Shown piece by piece: positions 19,954 to 32,919 of a stretch of 64,000 bases of DNA. Made by a program: the position numbers and the translations under genes. Source of the stretch: an uncultured Planctomycetaceae bacterium (GTDB lineage: Bacteria; Planctomycetota; Planctomycetia; Planctomycetales; Planctomycetaceae); the NCBI GenBank assembly GCA_963813715.1, contig CAWFAK010000005.1:736001-800000 (forward strand). The letters run 5' to 3'. Position 1 is the stretch's first letter, and each line of letters starts with the position of its first letter. Under the pieces are notes generated by a model. It saw only the letters and a program-made list of their open reading frames with translations. It ran no database searches and was not told the origin of the DNA.

Positions 19954-20747
19954 ATGCTTGACGAACCGCAGCAGGACGCACCGCCGATCACCGAACTCAG
20001 CAAGGGGCAGCGCCGTGTCCTGGGAACGCTCTTGGAAAAAGCCTTCACGACGCCCGAGGCCTACCCGCTCACCGTCAAGGCCCTGACATCGGGCTGCAAT
20101 CAGAAGAGCAACCGCCATCCGCTGACGGAGTACTCGGAAGACGACGTGCTCGAGGTGCTGGACCAGTTGCGGGAACTGGGGCTCGTGGCCGTGGTCCACA
20201 CCGAGACGGGTCGCACGGAGCGCTTCCGCCACTACATGCGGAAGCGGTTTACGCTGTCCGAGCCGCAATTGGCCGTATTGACGGAGCTGCTTCTCCGCGG
20301 GCGGCAAAGCGTCGGAGACTTGCGAGCCCGTGCCAGCCGGATGGTGTCCATCGAAAGTCTCGACGACCTCCGCGAGGCGCTGCGGGGACTGATGGAGCAA
20401 AAATTCGTTCAGGCCGACGGCGATCTGCAGCGTCGCGGCGTGGAGGTCGATCACAACTTCTACGCCCCCTCCGAGAACAAGAAGCTCGCCTGGAACGCCG
20501 GGCTCGACGAGGATGACGGCCGTCGGACGGAGACGACTGCGCCGATGCGCACGCCGGGCCGAGTTCCCTGGCGTCCGCGTCGCCTCCCAACGCAGCGCGT
20601 GCGACCGAGCGGCAGCCGGACTTTGCGGCCGTCTCCCAGCTCCGTGAGGAGAACGCCGAGCTGCGCAGCCGGGTCGACTCGCTCGAGAGCGAAGTGACCC
20701 GCCTCAAAGGTCTCGTCGACGACCTGGTCCGCGACCTGCGGGGCTAA
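19954..20747 (+). CDS. DUF480 / YceH family protein (indel near C-terminus)
   Basis: RRVLGTLLEKAFTTPEAYPLT..L..GCNQKSNRHP, LLLRGRQSVGDLRARASRM; coiled-coil tail in a shifted frame. Confidence 0.88.
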
Positions 20748-21017
20748 GCTGGCAGTCGGGGCCACCGACGCACCACCGCGACTTACGGTCCTGTCGGTTG
20801 TGCCGAAGAAACCGCTGCTGTCGTGAGATCTCTGCCGGAGCGAGCGAATTTCCCGTCACCCGCCGGCTGCACTCCGGCATCTGGAACCTATAAAAATGGC
20901 GTCGGGACCTGGCCGGATCTTTCGGCCACAGGTCCAAAGCTGTCCAGGCCCGCCTCTCAGATTCATGCCCGGCTTCGATCGACGCCGTTCGATCGACAAC
21001 CCCACGATCAAGCCACC

Positions 21018-21290
21018 ATGCCGCAAACTTCCGCGCTCGAAATCGCCCAAATGCACGACCTGAGCCGCGCGCACGATTCGCGCCCGCGACTGCATGCCGA
21101 GGTACACCGCGCCTTGGCCAAGAACCCCTACTTCGCCGGCCGCACGCTCGCCGTCGAGCTGCGTGAGAACGAAGTGGTGCTCTCAGGCGAGCTGGGATCG
21201 TACTTCCACAAGCAGATGGCGCAGGAATCGGTTCTCTCGGTGCACGGCGTCGCCCGCGTGCATAACCAGATTCGCGTCGTCAACGCCTGA
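21018..21290 (+). CDS. Single BON-domain protein
   Basis: VVLSGELGSYFHKQMAQE.V..VHGVARVHNQIRV. Confidence 0.85.
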   Translation: MPQTSALEIAQMHDLSRAHDSRPRLHAEVHRALAKNPYFAGRTLAVELRENEVVLSGELGSYFHKQMAQESVLSVHGVARVHNQIRVVNA

Positions 21291-21297
21291 GCGTTCG

Positions 21298-23711
21298 TCA
21301 CGACCCGGGATGAATCGCCGGACCGTTGTCGCCGGGCGGATTTCCTGAGGCCGGGCTTTGCCACGTCGGCAGGTCCGACCAACTCGTCGCCGCTGCCGGT
21401 GGTGCCGACTGCGTCGGCTTCGCGGCCGCAGGCTTCTTGTCGGCGCTCGTAGTGTCATCCGGTGCAAAAAGGGGCGGCGGATCACGACGGGGCTGGATTC
21501 GCAGCGACCACGGATCGCTGGCGGCCGCCGACGAATCGCCGGCCGCCGCGTTTGCCGACGCCTGCTGATTGCGCGGCAGAGGTTGAATCGATGGCTTCGC
21601 CGCGATGGCCGCGTTGGACGTGCTCTTTCCCGGCGTGACGTTTCGCCGATTGTTCTGGAGGTCGGACTCGAACTCGTCAAGCGCGTCGGCGGTGCGCAGA
21701 GCCTGCGACGGTTCGGCCGTACGAGCAGTCGGGACCACGGAGATCGGCACAATCCGCGGCGACGGGTTGTTTTGCCAATCGAACGAGCTGGTCGTCGCGG
21801 CCGAGCCGGACGGCGAGCGATCGGCGGTATTGGGGCCGCCCGTTCCTGGCCATTGAGGAGTCGGATCGGGGTCGCGATCCCAGCCCTTGGGATCTGCAGC
21901 CGCCGGACGCGGCAGCGTCGAACCGCTCGAAATCGTGATTCCGCCTGTCGAGCTTTGGTTTTCTTCGGTCAGGCTGGCGGCGGTCCAGCTGGGCCCGGCA
22001 GGCCGTACGGGCGAAGGGCTGTTGGCGTTCGCCGAGGGCACGTTCGGATCCGGAGTCGGGGTCAGGGTTGTCGGCATGGCGGACGTGCCGCTACGCGCCG
22101 CATCCCATTCATCTGCGCCATTCGGGGCGCTCGCTGTGCGAGCCGACGCCGTCGCGCCTGGATTTTGGGACGCGGTAGCGGTTGACGATCCACCGTCCGC
22201 CGACGGCGTTGCAACCGTCGGAAACGGTGGCGACGTCGCATTCTCGACGGGCAGGGGGCGCCGCGGCGAGGGGGCGACCGGGACAGCGTCCTCTCCCGGA
22301 CCCAGGCCGGTCCGCGACGGGGCGGTTGGCTGATCCCAGGGCGAGTTGGTGGCCGTCGGCGTTGCCAGGGGCGTGGAAGTGGGGCGAGGCGGCGCGGTGA
22401 CGGTCTCTGCGGATGACGGCGAACCGGTCGACCCGTCCGTCCCCTCGCGATCGATGGCGGAGAATGCATCGTTGATGCGGTCGTCGGGCACGCGATCGGT
22501 CGGAATCGGACGCGGGGCGACGGCCGCTGCGAATCCGGAATTGGGGACACTCGATACGGACGTGGGCGGCGGTTCGGGTCGCATGGCCGCGGGTGCCGGC
22601 GGATCGCTCCAGTGCGTGACCCCCTGCGATTGGCGGCGATGTTCGATTGCGGGGCGACGGCCGGTTGCGCGACAGGAGCCGCCGGGACCGCGGGAGTCGT
22701 GGGCAAGACAATCGCCCGCCGCTGGGTCCGCTCTTCCAAGGCGCGTTGACGTTCCCGCTCCATCAGGTCGGCTAACTGCTTCTCCAAGGGCGTTTGCGCG
22801 GAAGGCGTAACCGGTTCTGCGGTGCGCGGCGGCAGACTGGCGGCTGGCACTGCGTCGGTCGGAACGATGCTGACGGTCGACGGCGCCGGTTGCTGATCGT
22901 TCGTGTCGGCGATCTTGTGTGCCGGCGCGGCCGCGGCACTGGCTTGGTCCGCCGTCTCGTGTGACTGGAACGGAGTGAATGAGGCGGTGAACGTTTCATC
23001 CTCGGGCGAAGCCCCGCGGTTCGGCGGGAAGAGCTGAGCAAAACGGGTGCGCGCCGCACTCTCGCCGAGCGAACGTTTGAGCACCTCGAACGTTCGTTCG
23101 CCATCGCCCAGCTTGGCGTAAAGCAGGCTCAGATTGTCCAACGCCATCTGGTGCAAAGGATTGGCCCGCACGGCCGCTTGCAGGCATCGCTCGCTCTCTC
23201 GCGTGCGTCCTTGCAAGAAGTACGAGTAGCCCAGATCGCTCAGCAGGTCGGCATTGTTCGGCTCGCGGCTGAGCGCTTTGAGATAGCACCGCTCGGAGAC
23301 CGCGAAGTCGCTGCGACGATCGGCCAGGATCGCCAGGCGATGGTTCGCCAGGGGGTTGTCCGGGTCGAGATCGAGGGCTTTGCGATAGTAGGCTTCGGCC
23401 TCCGCGTCGTGATTCAAAGCGGCCTCCCGATGGCCGCTGTTCAGGTTCTCGGCAATGGCCGACTCGTTGATCGGTCGAGCCTGGGCCAGCGCGTCGGCGC
23501 CCGGCGCAGCGGACGAGTCGTGAGCGGCGGGATGCGCGGGAGGCGGCCCATTATCGACGATGGGCTCACCGCTGCTGTAAGTGCTGGTGCTGCCGTCGAG
23601 ACGATCCAATTGCGTGCTCTGACAGCCGCACGCGATCAGCCACGCAATGCCGACGCACACGAGGGCCGCGGCGCGCCGCTGTCGTCGCTGCATTTTTTTC
23701 GGCAAACGCAT
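21298..23711 (-). CDS. TPR lipoprotein with a very long Pro/Ser/Thr/Ala-rich tail (indel near 22600)
   Basis: Lipobox-like IACGC; TPRs (ANHRLAILAD, LSDLGYSYFLQG, ALDNLSLLYA); low-complexity ORF 21298-22584 continues it. Confidence 0.75.
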
Positions 23712-24105
23712 GCAAGCACCGCCCGACAGTCCGCACAAGTCGCTGCGCACGGCGGCCGCGCGCAGATCGACGCGCGTGGTCGACGCATTTCAGTCAGAAC
23801 CCGGCGACCGCTTACGCGATCGGCGTGCAACGTAGCTTGTGGTGAAAGTTGAGTAGGGGATCGAAAGGCAGGGATGAGAGGGGGCGGGGACTATAGGCGA
23901 TCTTCCAAAACGTGTCGAGATGGGCTGCAGCAGGCCGCAAACGGGCGAAAAACGTGGCGAAATCGGCGGACGAAGGCAGCCTCGGCCGCACCCAAGGTGC
24001 TTGCGACCGGGCCGCGTTTTGCGCATTCTCGGAGCACGACTCGTTCGGAAGGACCTGCCCGAGATGGCTCAACTCTTACGCTGTTCTCTGCTGCGGAGTG
24101 GACAA

Positions 24106-25031
24106 ATGCTTCGATCGTGCGCCTCGATCATGGTTGCGTTCTGTGTTTGTGCGACGGCCCTGCAATCGGTGTCCAGCGTCGCGCTTGGGCAGGCCGCTAG
24201 CCCGCCGGCCGATGCCACCGCCTTGGCCCGGCAGATTCTCGACGACAGCCGCCCCGAGGCCGAGCGTAAGCAGATCATCCTCGACCACCCGCAGCTCTCG
24301 CTCGCACTGCTGAAGGCCCTGGTGGCGGACATGCCCGCGGTCGACTCGAAGGAGGAATACCGCCGCATCCCCTGGATCTGGCGGGTGACGGTGGCGGCCG
24401 GCAAGCGCAATCAGGTCGAAGAGATGAAGCCGATTGTCGACTTTTGCGTGCCCGCGCTGAACGAACCTCTCCGCGATTGGCAGGCGGTCGTGCTGGGGGG
24501 CGGCGATCATCAATGGCATCGGCCTGAGCGGCGGCTGGCCCGACGAGCAGATTCGGACAATGGTCGCCGGCAACTCCGACTTGAGCCAGCGCTGGGCGCG
24601 GCTGCTCGACCGAGGCGGCCGTCATGGCCGACAATCCGCAGGTGTTCAAAGGAACGCGGTACGACGCTCTGCGGATCATCGGTCTCGATACTTGGGACCA
24701 TTGCGGGGCCCAACTCTTCCGCTACAACCTCGTCGGCGTCGACGACGAACTGCAGCAGGGAGCGATCGGCGGACTGTCCGACATGCGCTCGCCGTGCGTG
24801 GCCCAGGCGCTGGTCTCCGGGTTTTCCCACTACGAGCCAGAGAACCGCGGCTTCGCCCTGCGAGCCCTGATGCGGGACCATGACCGCACGCTGGTGCTGC
24901 TCGAGGCGATCGACGCAGGCACGGTCAAACCGGCCGACCTGGGGGCGGAGCGGATCACCCGACTCGTCAACCATCCCGATCCGACCATTCGCAAGCCCGC
25001 CCGGCAGTTCCTGGTCGGCAGCGATCACTAG
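24106..25031 (+). CDS. Exported helical hypothetical protein (frameshifted near 24505 and 24610)
   Basis: Signal peptide; EEYRRIPWIWRV, DWQAVVLGG.IINGI, GTRYDALRII, ELQQGAIGGL across frames. Confidence 0.65.
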
Positions 25032-25200
25032 GAAGGGGTCAGGCCGCGCGAACTTCGGTTTCGGCCCGCGTGTCGAAATCGACAATTTGACCCGGCAAAT
25101 TCGCATGTTAAAATCTTGTGAGCATCGCCTCGTCCGACGGACAGGCATGCGCGAGTCGCTTCCCACGGCCCGACTTGGCAATCGCCGCGCCAGGACGTCT

Positions 25201-25762
25201 ATGAGCTACATTCGGCGCTTCCGGATGGACATCGACCTGGTTTCCGCGCCTGCCGCAGCCCGTCCTGCCGGACGGTTACCGCTGGCTCGCCTGGGATTCG
25301 CTGCTGGTCAACCGGCACGCGAGCGTCAAGTATTACAGCTTTCGCGACGAAATCGATTCGCGCGTCTTTCCCTGCCTGGGCGATTTTTCCGGCTGCAAGC
25401 GACTGATGCAGGAGATCGTGCGGCAGGATACGTTCCTCGCCGATGCGACCTGGCTCATCACGTGCGACAACGTGGGTTTCGGCGAAGTGGCCGACTGCGG
25501 CACCATTCAGGGCCTGGGACACTCCCGCAGCCTGGGGGCCGTGCAGAACGTCGGCGTCGTGCCGCAACATCGGGGACTGGGCTTGGGTCGGGCCCTCGTG
25601 CTGAAGGCGCTGCACGGCTTTCGCAGCGCCGGGCTGGAGCGGGTGTATCTCGAAGTTACGGGCGAGAACACGCCGGCCGTCGATCTCTATCGCTCGATCG
25701 GTTTTTCGCTCGTCCGGACGATGTACAAGGCGCTCGAGCGCGAGACGGTCGAGAATTACTAA
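25201..25762 (+). CDS. GNAT-family N-acetyltransferase (indel near 25250)
   Basis: QNVGVVPQHRGLGLGRAL acetyl-CoA motif, LEVTGENTPAVDLYRSIGF. Confidence 0.88.
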
Positions 25763-25795
25763 TCGCGCGGCGTTTCCGCCTGCGAGTCGTGCGGT

Positions 25796-26620
25796 CTAGT
25801 GCCCGACTTGCTCTTTGTGCGCGGCGGCCGCCAGCTCTTTCGTGAATCGAGTCAGTTCGTCCAGCACCGTCGCGCGGGACGCGCCGCCGGCACTCAAGCG
25901 GCCGACGTGCCGGACGATGGCTGAGCCCACGATCACGCCGTCGGCCAGACCGCGCAGCGAATCGATCTGCTCCGCGCGGCCGATGCCGAAGCCGACGGCC
26001 AGCGGCAGCTTGGTCTTCTTCCGCAGCGTCTCCAGTTCCGTCTGCAGCTCATGCGGCAGTGCCTCGCGGACACCCGTCGTCCCGGCCACCGCGATGCAAT
26101 ACACAAAGCCGCTCGACGATTTGAGAATCCGCTCGACGCGGTCGGGAGTCGTCGTTGGGGCGACGAGCTGGATCAGATCGAGCTCGTGCGCCTGAGCGAT
26201 CGCGAACAACTCGGCCGCCTGATCGCCCGGCAGATCGGGGACGATCAATCCGGAGAATCCGGCCTGCCGCGCCGCGGCCGCGAACTTCTGCGGGCCGGCC
26301 CGGTAAACAATCGCGTAAGCCACCATCGCCAAGAGCGGCGGAAGCTTTTCACCTTTGAGTGCGGCCAGCCCGGCAAAGATATCCTGCAGGCGGACTTTCT
26401 TGCCGAGGGCCCGCGTGTAGGCCTCTTGGATGACCGGTCCGTCGGCAATCGGGTCGCTGTAGGGAAAGCCGATTTCGATCAGATCGACGCCGCAGCCCGC
26501 CAGCAGGCGGATCAGCTCGACGGTGGTGGAAATGTCGGGATCGCCCGCGGCCAGAAACGGCATGAAGGCCGTCTGCCCCCGCGATTGAAGCGAGGCAAAA
26601 ACTTCGTCAATGCGGCTCAT
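25796..26620 (-). CDS. trpA: Tryptophan synthase alpha chain
   Basis: EIGFPYSDPIADGPVIQ, LVAPTT, VGFGI, DGVIVGSAIV. Confidence 0.97.
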   Translation of the reverse strand: MSRIDEVFASLQSRGQTAFMPFLAAGDPDISTTVELIRLLAGCGVDLIEIGFPYSDPIADGPVIQEAYTRALGKKVRLQDIFAGLAALKGEKLPPLLAMVAYAIVYRAGPQKFAAAARQAGFSGLIVPDLPGDQAAELFAIAQAHELDLIQLVAPTTTPDRVERILKSSSGFVYCIAVAGTTGVREALPHELQTELETLRKKTKLPLAVGFGIGRAEQIDSLRGLADGVIVGSAIVRHVGRLSAGGASRATVLDELTRFTKELAAAAHKEQVGH

Positions 26621-26636
26621 GCCTGAACGCTGCGAT

Positions 26637-27864
<1,228 letters not shown>

Positions 27865-27906
27865 GGAGGGCAAGTCCTTGGAGAGCGTCACGAAGTCGAG
27901 AACTCG

Positions 27907-27936
27907 ATTCTAGGGTGCGTGAGCCAGGACCGCCAA
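27907..27936 (-). promoter_or_regulatory. Putative sigma70 promoter for trpBA
   Basis: TTGGCG-N18-TAGAAT on the minus strand, about 40 nt before trpB; next to a 9-bp hairpin at 27940-27960. Confidence 0.4.
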
Positions 27937-28019
27937 GACAGGGGACTGGTTCAGTCCCCTCAGCGGCTCACCTGAGTCGCCCGAGTCACCGATCCAGCCC
28001 TCTCGGCGCGAGCCCTCGC

Positions 28020-28694
28020 TCATCGCGAGCCAAAGTAGAACAGCACCAGCCCCAGGCTGAAATCTTCGAGGCGGGCCGTGTCGAACCCGCCGACCGAGGT
28101 CAAGCCGGCCAGCTGCAATCCGACGGTCAGCAGGACGATGACCAACGTCAGGCCGGCCTTCAGGTCGACCCACCAGCCGGGGGCCACGGTCTGTCGGTTG
28201 CGGGCGAGCCAGCCCAGTGCGGCTTTCGCCAGGGTACCCAGCAGGTACGCGCCGACGGAGACCAGGAGCGGCAGCGAGTGCGCCTCGAACAGCCGACTCT
28301 CGCGGTACAGGTAGACCCCCAGCCCGGCGAAGGCGGCGATGATCAGCACGCGGACGCTGTGCTTGGGCAGGTAGAGCGGATGCGATTCGCGCTCGATCTC
28401 TCCCAACTCTTCCAAGCGCGAGCGCAGCTCTTTCGACAGCGGCACCATCCGCCGCGACGTGAAGTAGTGGGCCAGCATGATCATCAGCGATTCCTGCCAG
28501 ACCACGGCCACGCCGGCGCCGTGGGCCGTCTGCGTCACGACGAACGCGACCACGATCAAGCACAACAGTGCGCGAACACTGCCCGGCGGCAGTCCGAGCG
28601 GAGGTCGTTCGCGAACCAGCGCGACTCGGTTGGCCTGAGCCGGCAGCAGCAGATTGTTGCGCGGACTCACCGACGGAACGGCAAGCGGTGACAT
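28020..28694 (-). CDS. Hypothetical integral membrane protein with internal duplication
   Basis: PPLGLPPGSVRALL and HPLYLPKHSVRVLI repeats; HYFTSR and FYFGSR repeats; hydrophobic helices. Confidence 0.75.
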   Translation of the reverse strand: MSPLAVPSVSPRNNLLLPAQANRVALVRERPPLGLPPGSVRALLCLIVVAFVVTQTAHGAGVAVVWQESLMIMLAHYFTSRRMVPLSKELRSRLEELGEIERESHPLYLPKHSVRVLIIAAFAGLGVYLYRESRLFEAHSLPLLVSVGAYLLGTLAKAALGWLARNRQTVAPGWWVDLKAGLTLVIVLLTVGLQLAGLTSVGGFDTARLEDFSLGLVLFYFGSR

Positions 28695-28813
28695 TTGCGG
28701 CTCCTCGCCCACGAGCGGACGCTCGTGGCGCAGAGAGAACGCAAAAAACCACCGCGCGGATCTTCGCGAAAGAGGGCTCTGCCGAAGTTGGGCTGCCGAC
28801 AAATGTTAGACCG

Positions 28814-29681
28814 TCACGCGTAGGACGGCGCCAAGACGGGCTGACGCGTCACACGGCCGATCAGCCCAAGTGAAAAAACGATGAACATCTGGGCCGGCCC
28901 GTAGGTCAGCCAAACGGCGTGCGTCGCGTGGGGGAAATCGCCACGAAACATGCCGAAGGCCAGGATCAGGTCGCTGGCGAGAAAGAGAATTCCGCCCACC
29001 GCTAGCGCGATGAAGCGGCGATCCGCCAGCGCCAGGCTGCTTGCCAGCCCGGTGAGTCCGGCCAACAGCAGCGAATAGGGTAGGGCCGCCCAGACCAGCA
29101 AGTCCAGGTCCGTTCCGTGCGCCGCGGAACACGACCAGGTACCAGCCGACCAGTGCGAAGAGTTGCCAAAAAATGACCGGTCCCCAGAACTGCACCCGGG
29201 AGCGAAAGCGGAGCCGCCCGGCCACCCGCAGGCAGCCCGTGATGTAGCAGATGTGGCCCAGCGCGAACGCGGCAATTCCCCCCAGCACCGGATCCGGGAG
29301 CGGAACAAGATCCTGGAGTGCGCCGCCGTTGAAGAAATCGCCCACGGTCCCCAGAGCGATCCCCGCCGCGAACAGCGCTACTGTCGTCGCCGCTGCCGAG
29401 CGGCTGAAGCCCAGAAACCACATCCACGCCGCTCCGACCAAAAACAGGGACGAGGCGAGGTGCGAAACGAGCAGAATGGTTTTGGGCGGCCACGCGACCG
29501 CTTCCGGATCGGAAAAACTCACCAGCGTGCCGCCGAAGAGCGCGGTCGCCCAGAGCGTCCAAAAGCCAGCCGCCAGGCGGGCCGCCGCCGTTTCGCTCAG
29601 CACGCCGCCGCGCGCATTGGCGGAGGAACGAGGGGGAATCTCCGGGTCGGCCGATGCCGGCGCGGATGCAGTCATGTCCAA
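28814..29681 (-). CDS. YhhN / lysoplasmalogenase family membrane protein (indel near 29115)
   Basis: GTVGDFF, GIAAFALGHICY, GGILFLASDLILA, VWLTYGPAQ. Confidence 0.85.
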
Positions 29682-29829
29682 CCTTTAGGTCGAGTCGCTG
29701 TGTGGCGGAATTTCGCTGTGTGTCAGAATCTCGTTCAGCATACACGCGGCCGCCATCGGGCAAAACGCCTCCCAATCCCCCGGCGGTCGCTTCCCGCCAA
29801 AGGCGGCCTCGGTGTTCGCGCAACGCCGC

Positions 29830-29858
29830 TTGACGTTTTTTTTGTGGTCCCCTAATGT
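29830..29858 (+). promoter_or_regulatory. Putative sigma70 promoter for sat
   Basis: TTGACG-N17-TAATGT about 150 nt upstream of sat. Confidence 0.45.
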
Positions 29859-30007
29859 CTCCCGAGCAAGAGGCCGCCGGCCCGCAGCGAGCGGAGTTCG
29901 GCACGTCCCCGGGGGTGAGCCCGCGGAGAGTTTCAGTCGCCCGAGCGACCGGTCGCGTGGTCGCTTTTGCTGGGCGCTTCATTTCGCTGCAGTAGAGAAC
30001 AAGAACG

Positions 30008-31265
30008 ATGGCCGATCTGATTCCTCCGCACGGTGGCTTAACCGAGCCCGTTTGCCGCACCGTTCCCACCAACGAGATCGAAGCGTTCAAGGCTGAGGCG
30101 GCCAAGCTGCCGAAGGTGCCCGTCTCGCAGGCCGACTTGTCCACCATATTTCGCATCGCGGACGGTACGCTCAGCCCGCTCACTGGTCCGATGTCGCGCA
30201 AGGTCTACGATCGCGTGCTGGACGAATCGGTGATCGAGCACGGCGGCAAACTCTACGCCTGGACCATTCCGCTGTCGTTCCCCGTGACGAAAGAGGTCGC
30301 GGCCACGCTGGCGCCGGGGAAAAAGGTCGCGCTCACCGCGCCCGATGGCGAAGTCGTGGCGACGCTCGACGTGACCGACGTGTTCGAATGGGACAAACCC
30401 CGCTACATCAAGGGCGTGTACGGCACCGAGCGGACCGATCACCCGGGCGCCAACATGGTGCTCAACGGCGACGCCGACAAAACCCATCTGATCGGCGGCG
30501 AGCTGAAGGCCTTGCCGCAGGCGAAGAACCCGAGCTTTGGCGACGTTGTGCTGTCGCCGCGCGAAGTGCGGGCCCTCTTGGCCAAGAAAGGCTGGACGGC
30601 TGTGGTCGCCTTCCAGACGCGTAACCCGCTGCACCGGGCTCACGAGTACGCGCTCGTCTACGGACTCGAAGCGCTGATTCGCGAAGGCCAGAACGCCGGC
30701 GCCATCCTCAATCCGCTCGTCGGCGAGACCAAGGGGGACGACGTCAACGCGGCCATCCGCATGCAGACGTATCGGGCCCTGATCACCGATCGTGCTCTGG
30801 GCGACGGCGACAGCGACCAAGTCGCTCTGGAAGCCGCGGAACGAAAGCGTGCCCGACCGCGTGCTGCTGGCCGGCGTCGACATCAAGATGTTTTACGGCG
30901 GCCCGAAAGAGGCCGTGATGCACGCCATTTACCGACAGAACATGGGCATCACCAACATCGTGATCGGCCGCAAGCATGCCGACGCTCCCTACGCGGACGG
31001 CACGGCCATCTGGGGCGACTTCGACGCGCAGGAGATTTTCTCCAAGCTCAAGGGCGACCTCAAAATCAAGCCGATCAAGGTCGGCTTTGCGGCCTACTAC
31101 GATTCGATCGGCCGCGTCGACCTGACGGAACGACACCCGGACGAAAAGCCCGTGTCGATCTCCGGCAAAGAGGTTCGCGCGACTCTGATGCGGGGCGAGA
31201 TGGTCGATCCGCGAATCATGCGGCCGAGCACCTCGCGAATTCTGGCCGCTGCGATGAAGCAGTAG
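30008..31265 (+). CDS. sat: Sulfate adenylyltransferase (ATP sulfurylase; indel near 30818)
   Basis: [58 protein letters not shown]. Confidence 0.95.
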
Positions 31266-31271
31266 CTGGCA

Positions 31272-32875
31272 CTAAACGCGCAGAAAGATCTTGTTCTTTT
31301 CCAGCGTGCGAACAAAGAGCCAGATCAAGAAGAAATCCAAGCACAACGCCGTGATCACGTACCAGGCGGGCGCGTCTCTGGGGGATAAAACTCTTGACGG
31401 CCCCGCCGATGATTCCGTGCAGCAGGTAGGCCGCCAGGGCGTTGGTGCCGAACGTGCGAAAGACGCCGATGCGGATGCCGAGCATGTCGGCCAACACGTA
31501 AAAGCCGACATACACCAGCAGAGCGAATCCGCCCGCGAAGGTGACGTACGACATCGCACCGCCGCGCTGCGTCATCATCCAGTAATTCCAATAGCGGTGC
31601 ATCATGTAGGGTGGCGGATCGATGCGTGGATCGTCGGCGGGCGGCTGGACGAACGGAGGCTCGGCCAGCAAGCGTCTGCCACGTTCGGCCTTGCCAGGAC
31701 TCTCGGGGCGGGACGACCGGACTGGGGGCCAATTTGGCCTCGCGGAATTTGTGCAGCTCCGCGCGCCATCCCGCGATGTCGCGTTCGAGCCGCGCCGTTT
31801 GGCCGTCTTTCTTCAACGCCTCGAGTGCCGCGGAGAGTTTCACGACGCGCGGATCGGGGGGCTCGGCGGACAACTGCCGTTCCGCCTCGTCGATCGTTCG
31901 TGGTGCGGTCGCGCTCGCTCGAGGCGGGATCGCCGTTCGCGCGCTTGGACGTCAATTCGGCAACCTTGGCTCTCAGTTGGTCCCGCCGAATCTCGGCAAT
32001 CTGGTCTTCGAGTTTTTTCTCGTCCGCCTGGTGCGCCGAGAGCGCTTTGCGCGCGGCATCGATCTTTTCGTTGAGACTGGCTCGCTCGGCGTCTTGAGCC
32101 TTTGCGTCCGCTTTGAGTCGCAGCAAGTCGGCCGGCGAAAGGTCGTACAGCCGCGTGCCGCACGAGAGGACGTATCCGATCGCCCATCACGAGAAACGCG
32201 ACGAGCGTGAGCCGCAGCAGCGGCGGGCGAGCCGGCGCGTCGACGATGGCATCACACGTGATCGTTCCGAGGATTGTGGGAACCGCCCAACTGAGGAAGC
32301 CGAGCGGGCCGCCGTCGAGTCCGACGGGATCGGTGTTTGCCCAGTGATAGCTGAACCAGTGCGACAGCCAGACACTCAGGCCCGCCGACACGACCGCGAA
32401 CAAAATCCGCACTTTCACGCCCGCCCGGATGACCGGCAAGATCCACAACGACGTGAGGGCGATCTGGCCCAACGTGTCGAGCCAGTGCCGTTTCAAATAG
32501 GGCGAAACGTCGTTCCAGGGGCCGAGCGCGGCCAGGTCGTGCCAGTTGTCGGCCACTTGCCCCTCGACGTAGATGGCAAACGCGACGAGAAACAGCCCCA
32601 CGATCCGCCGCACCATCCGCGCGTAGCCGGCGGCCAGCCCATCCGCTTGCACCCGGCGACCGAACGAAAGGCGCATCGCGAAGCCGACCGCGAACAAGAA
32701 CGACGGCATGATCGTGTCGGCATAGCTGCAGTACGTGTGATGGTGCAGCAGCACGGGCGGCACCCAAGCGTCGTAGGCGGCCAAGAAGTTGACCAGGAAC
32801 ATGCCGGCCACGGTGTAGCCGCGGAACTGATCCAGCGACGCGAGACGCGGTTTGGCCGGGGGCGCGTGTCGACAT
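31272..32875 (-). CDS. HGSNAT/DUF5009-like membrane acyltransferase with a coiled-coil insertion (multiple indels)
   Basis: [67 protein letters not shown]. Confidence 0.8.
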
Positions 32876-32919
32876 TCCGCCAGTTTGCTGGCACGGCTTC
32901 GCGGGGCAAGGAGAGGGCG

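Noticed and set aside
27865..28019. trp attenuator / leader peptide upstream of trpB
   Set aside because: No short Trp-codon ORF; only a 9-bp hairpin upstream of the putative promoter
29860..30007. SAM or other riboswitch ahead of sat
   Set aside because: I could not find the SAM-I core motifs or a terminator; an Rfam scan would be decisive
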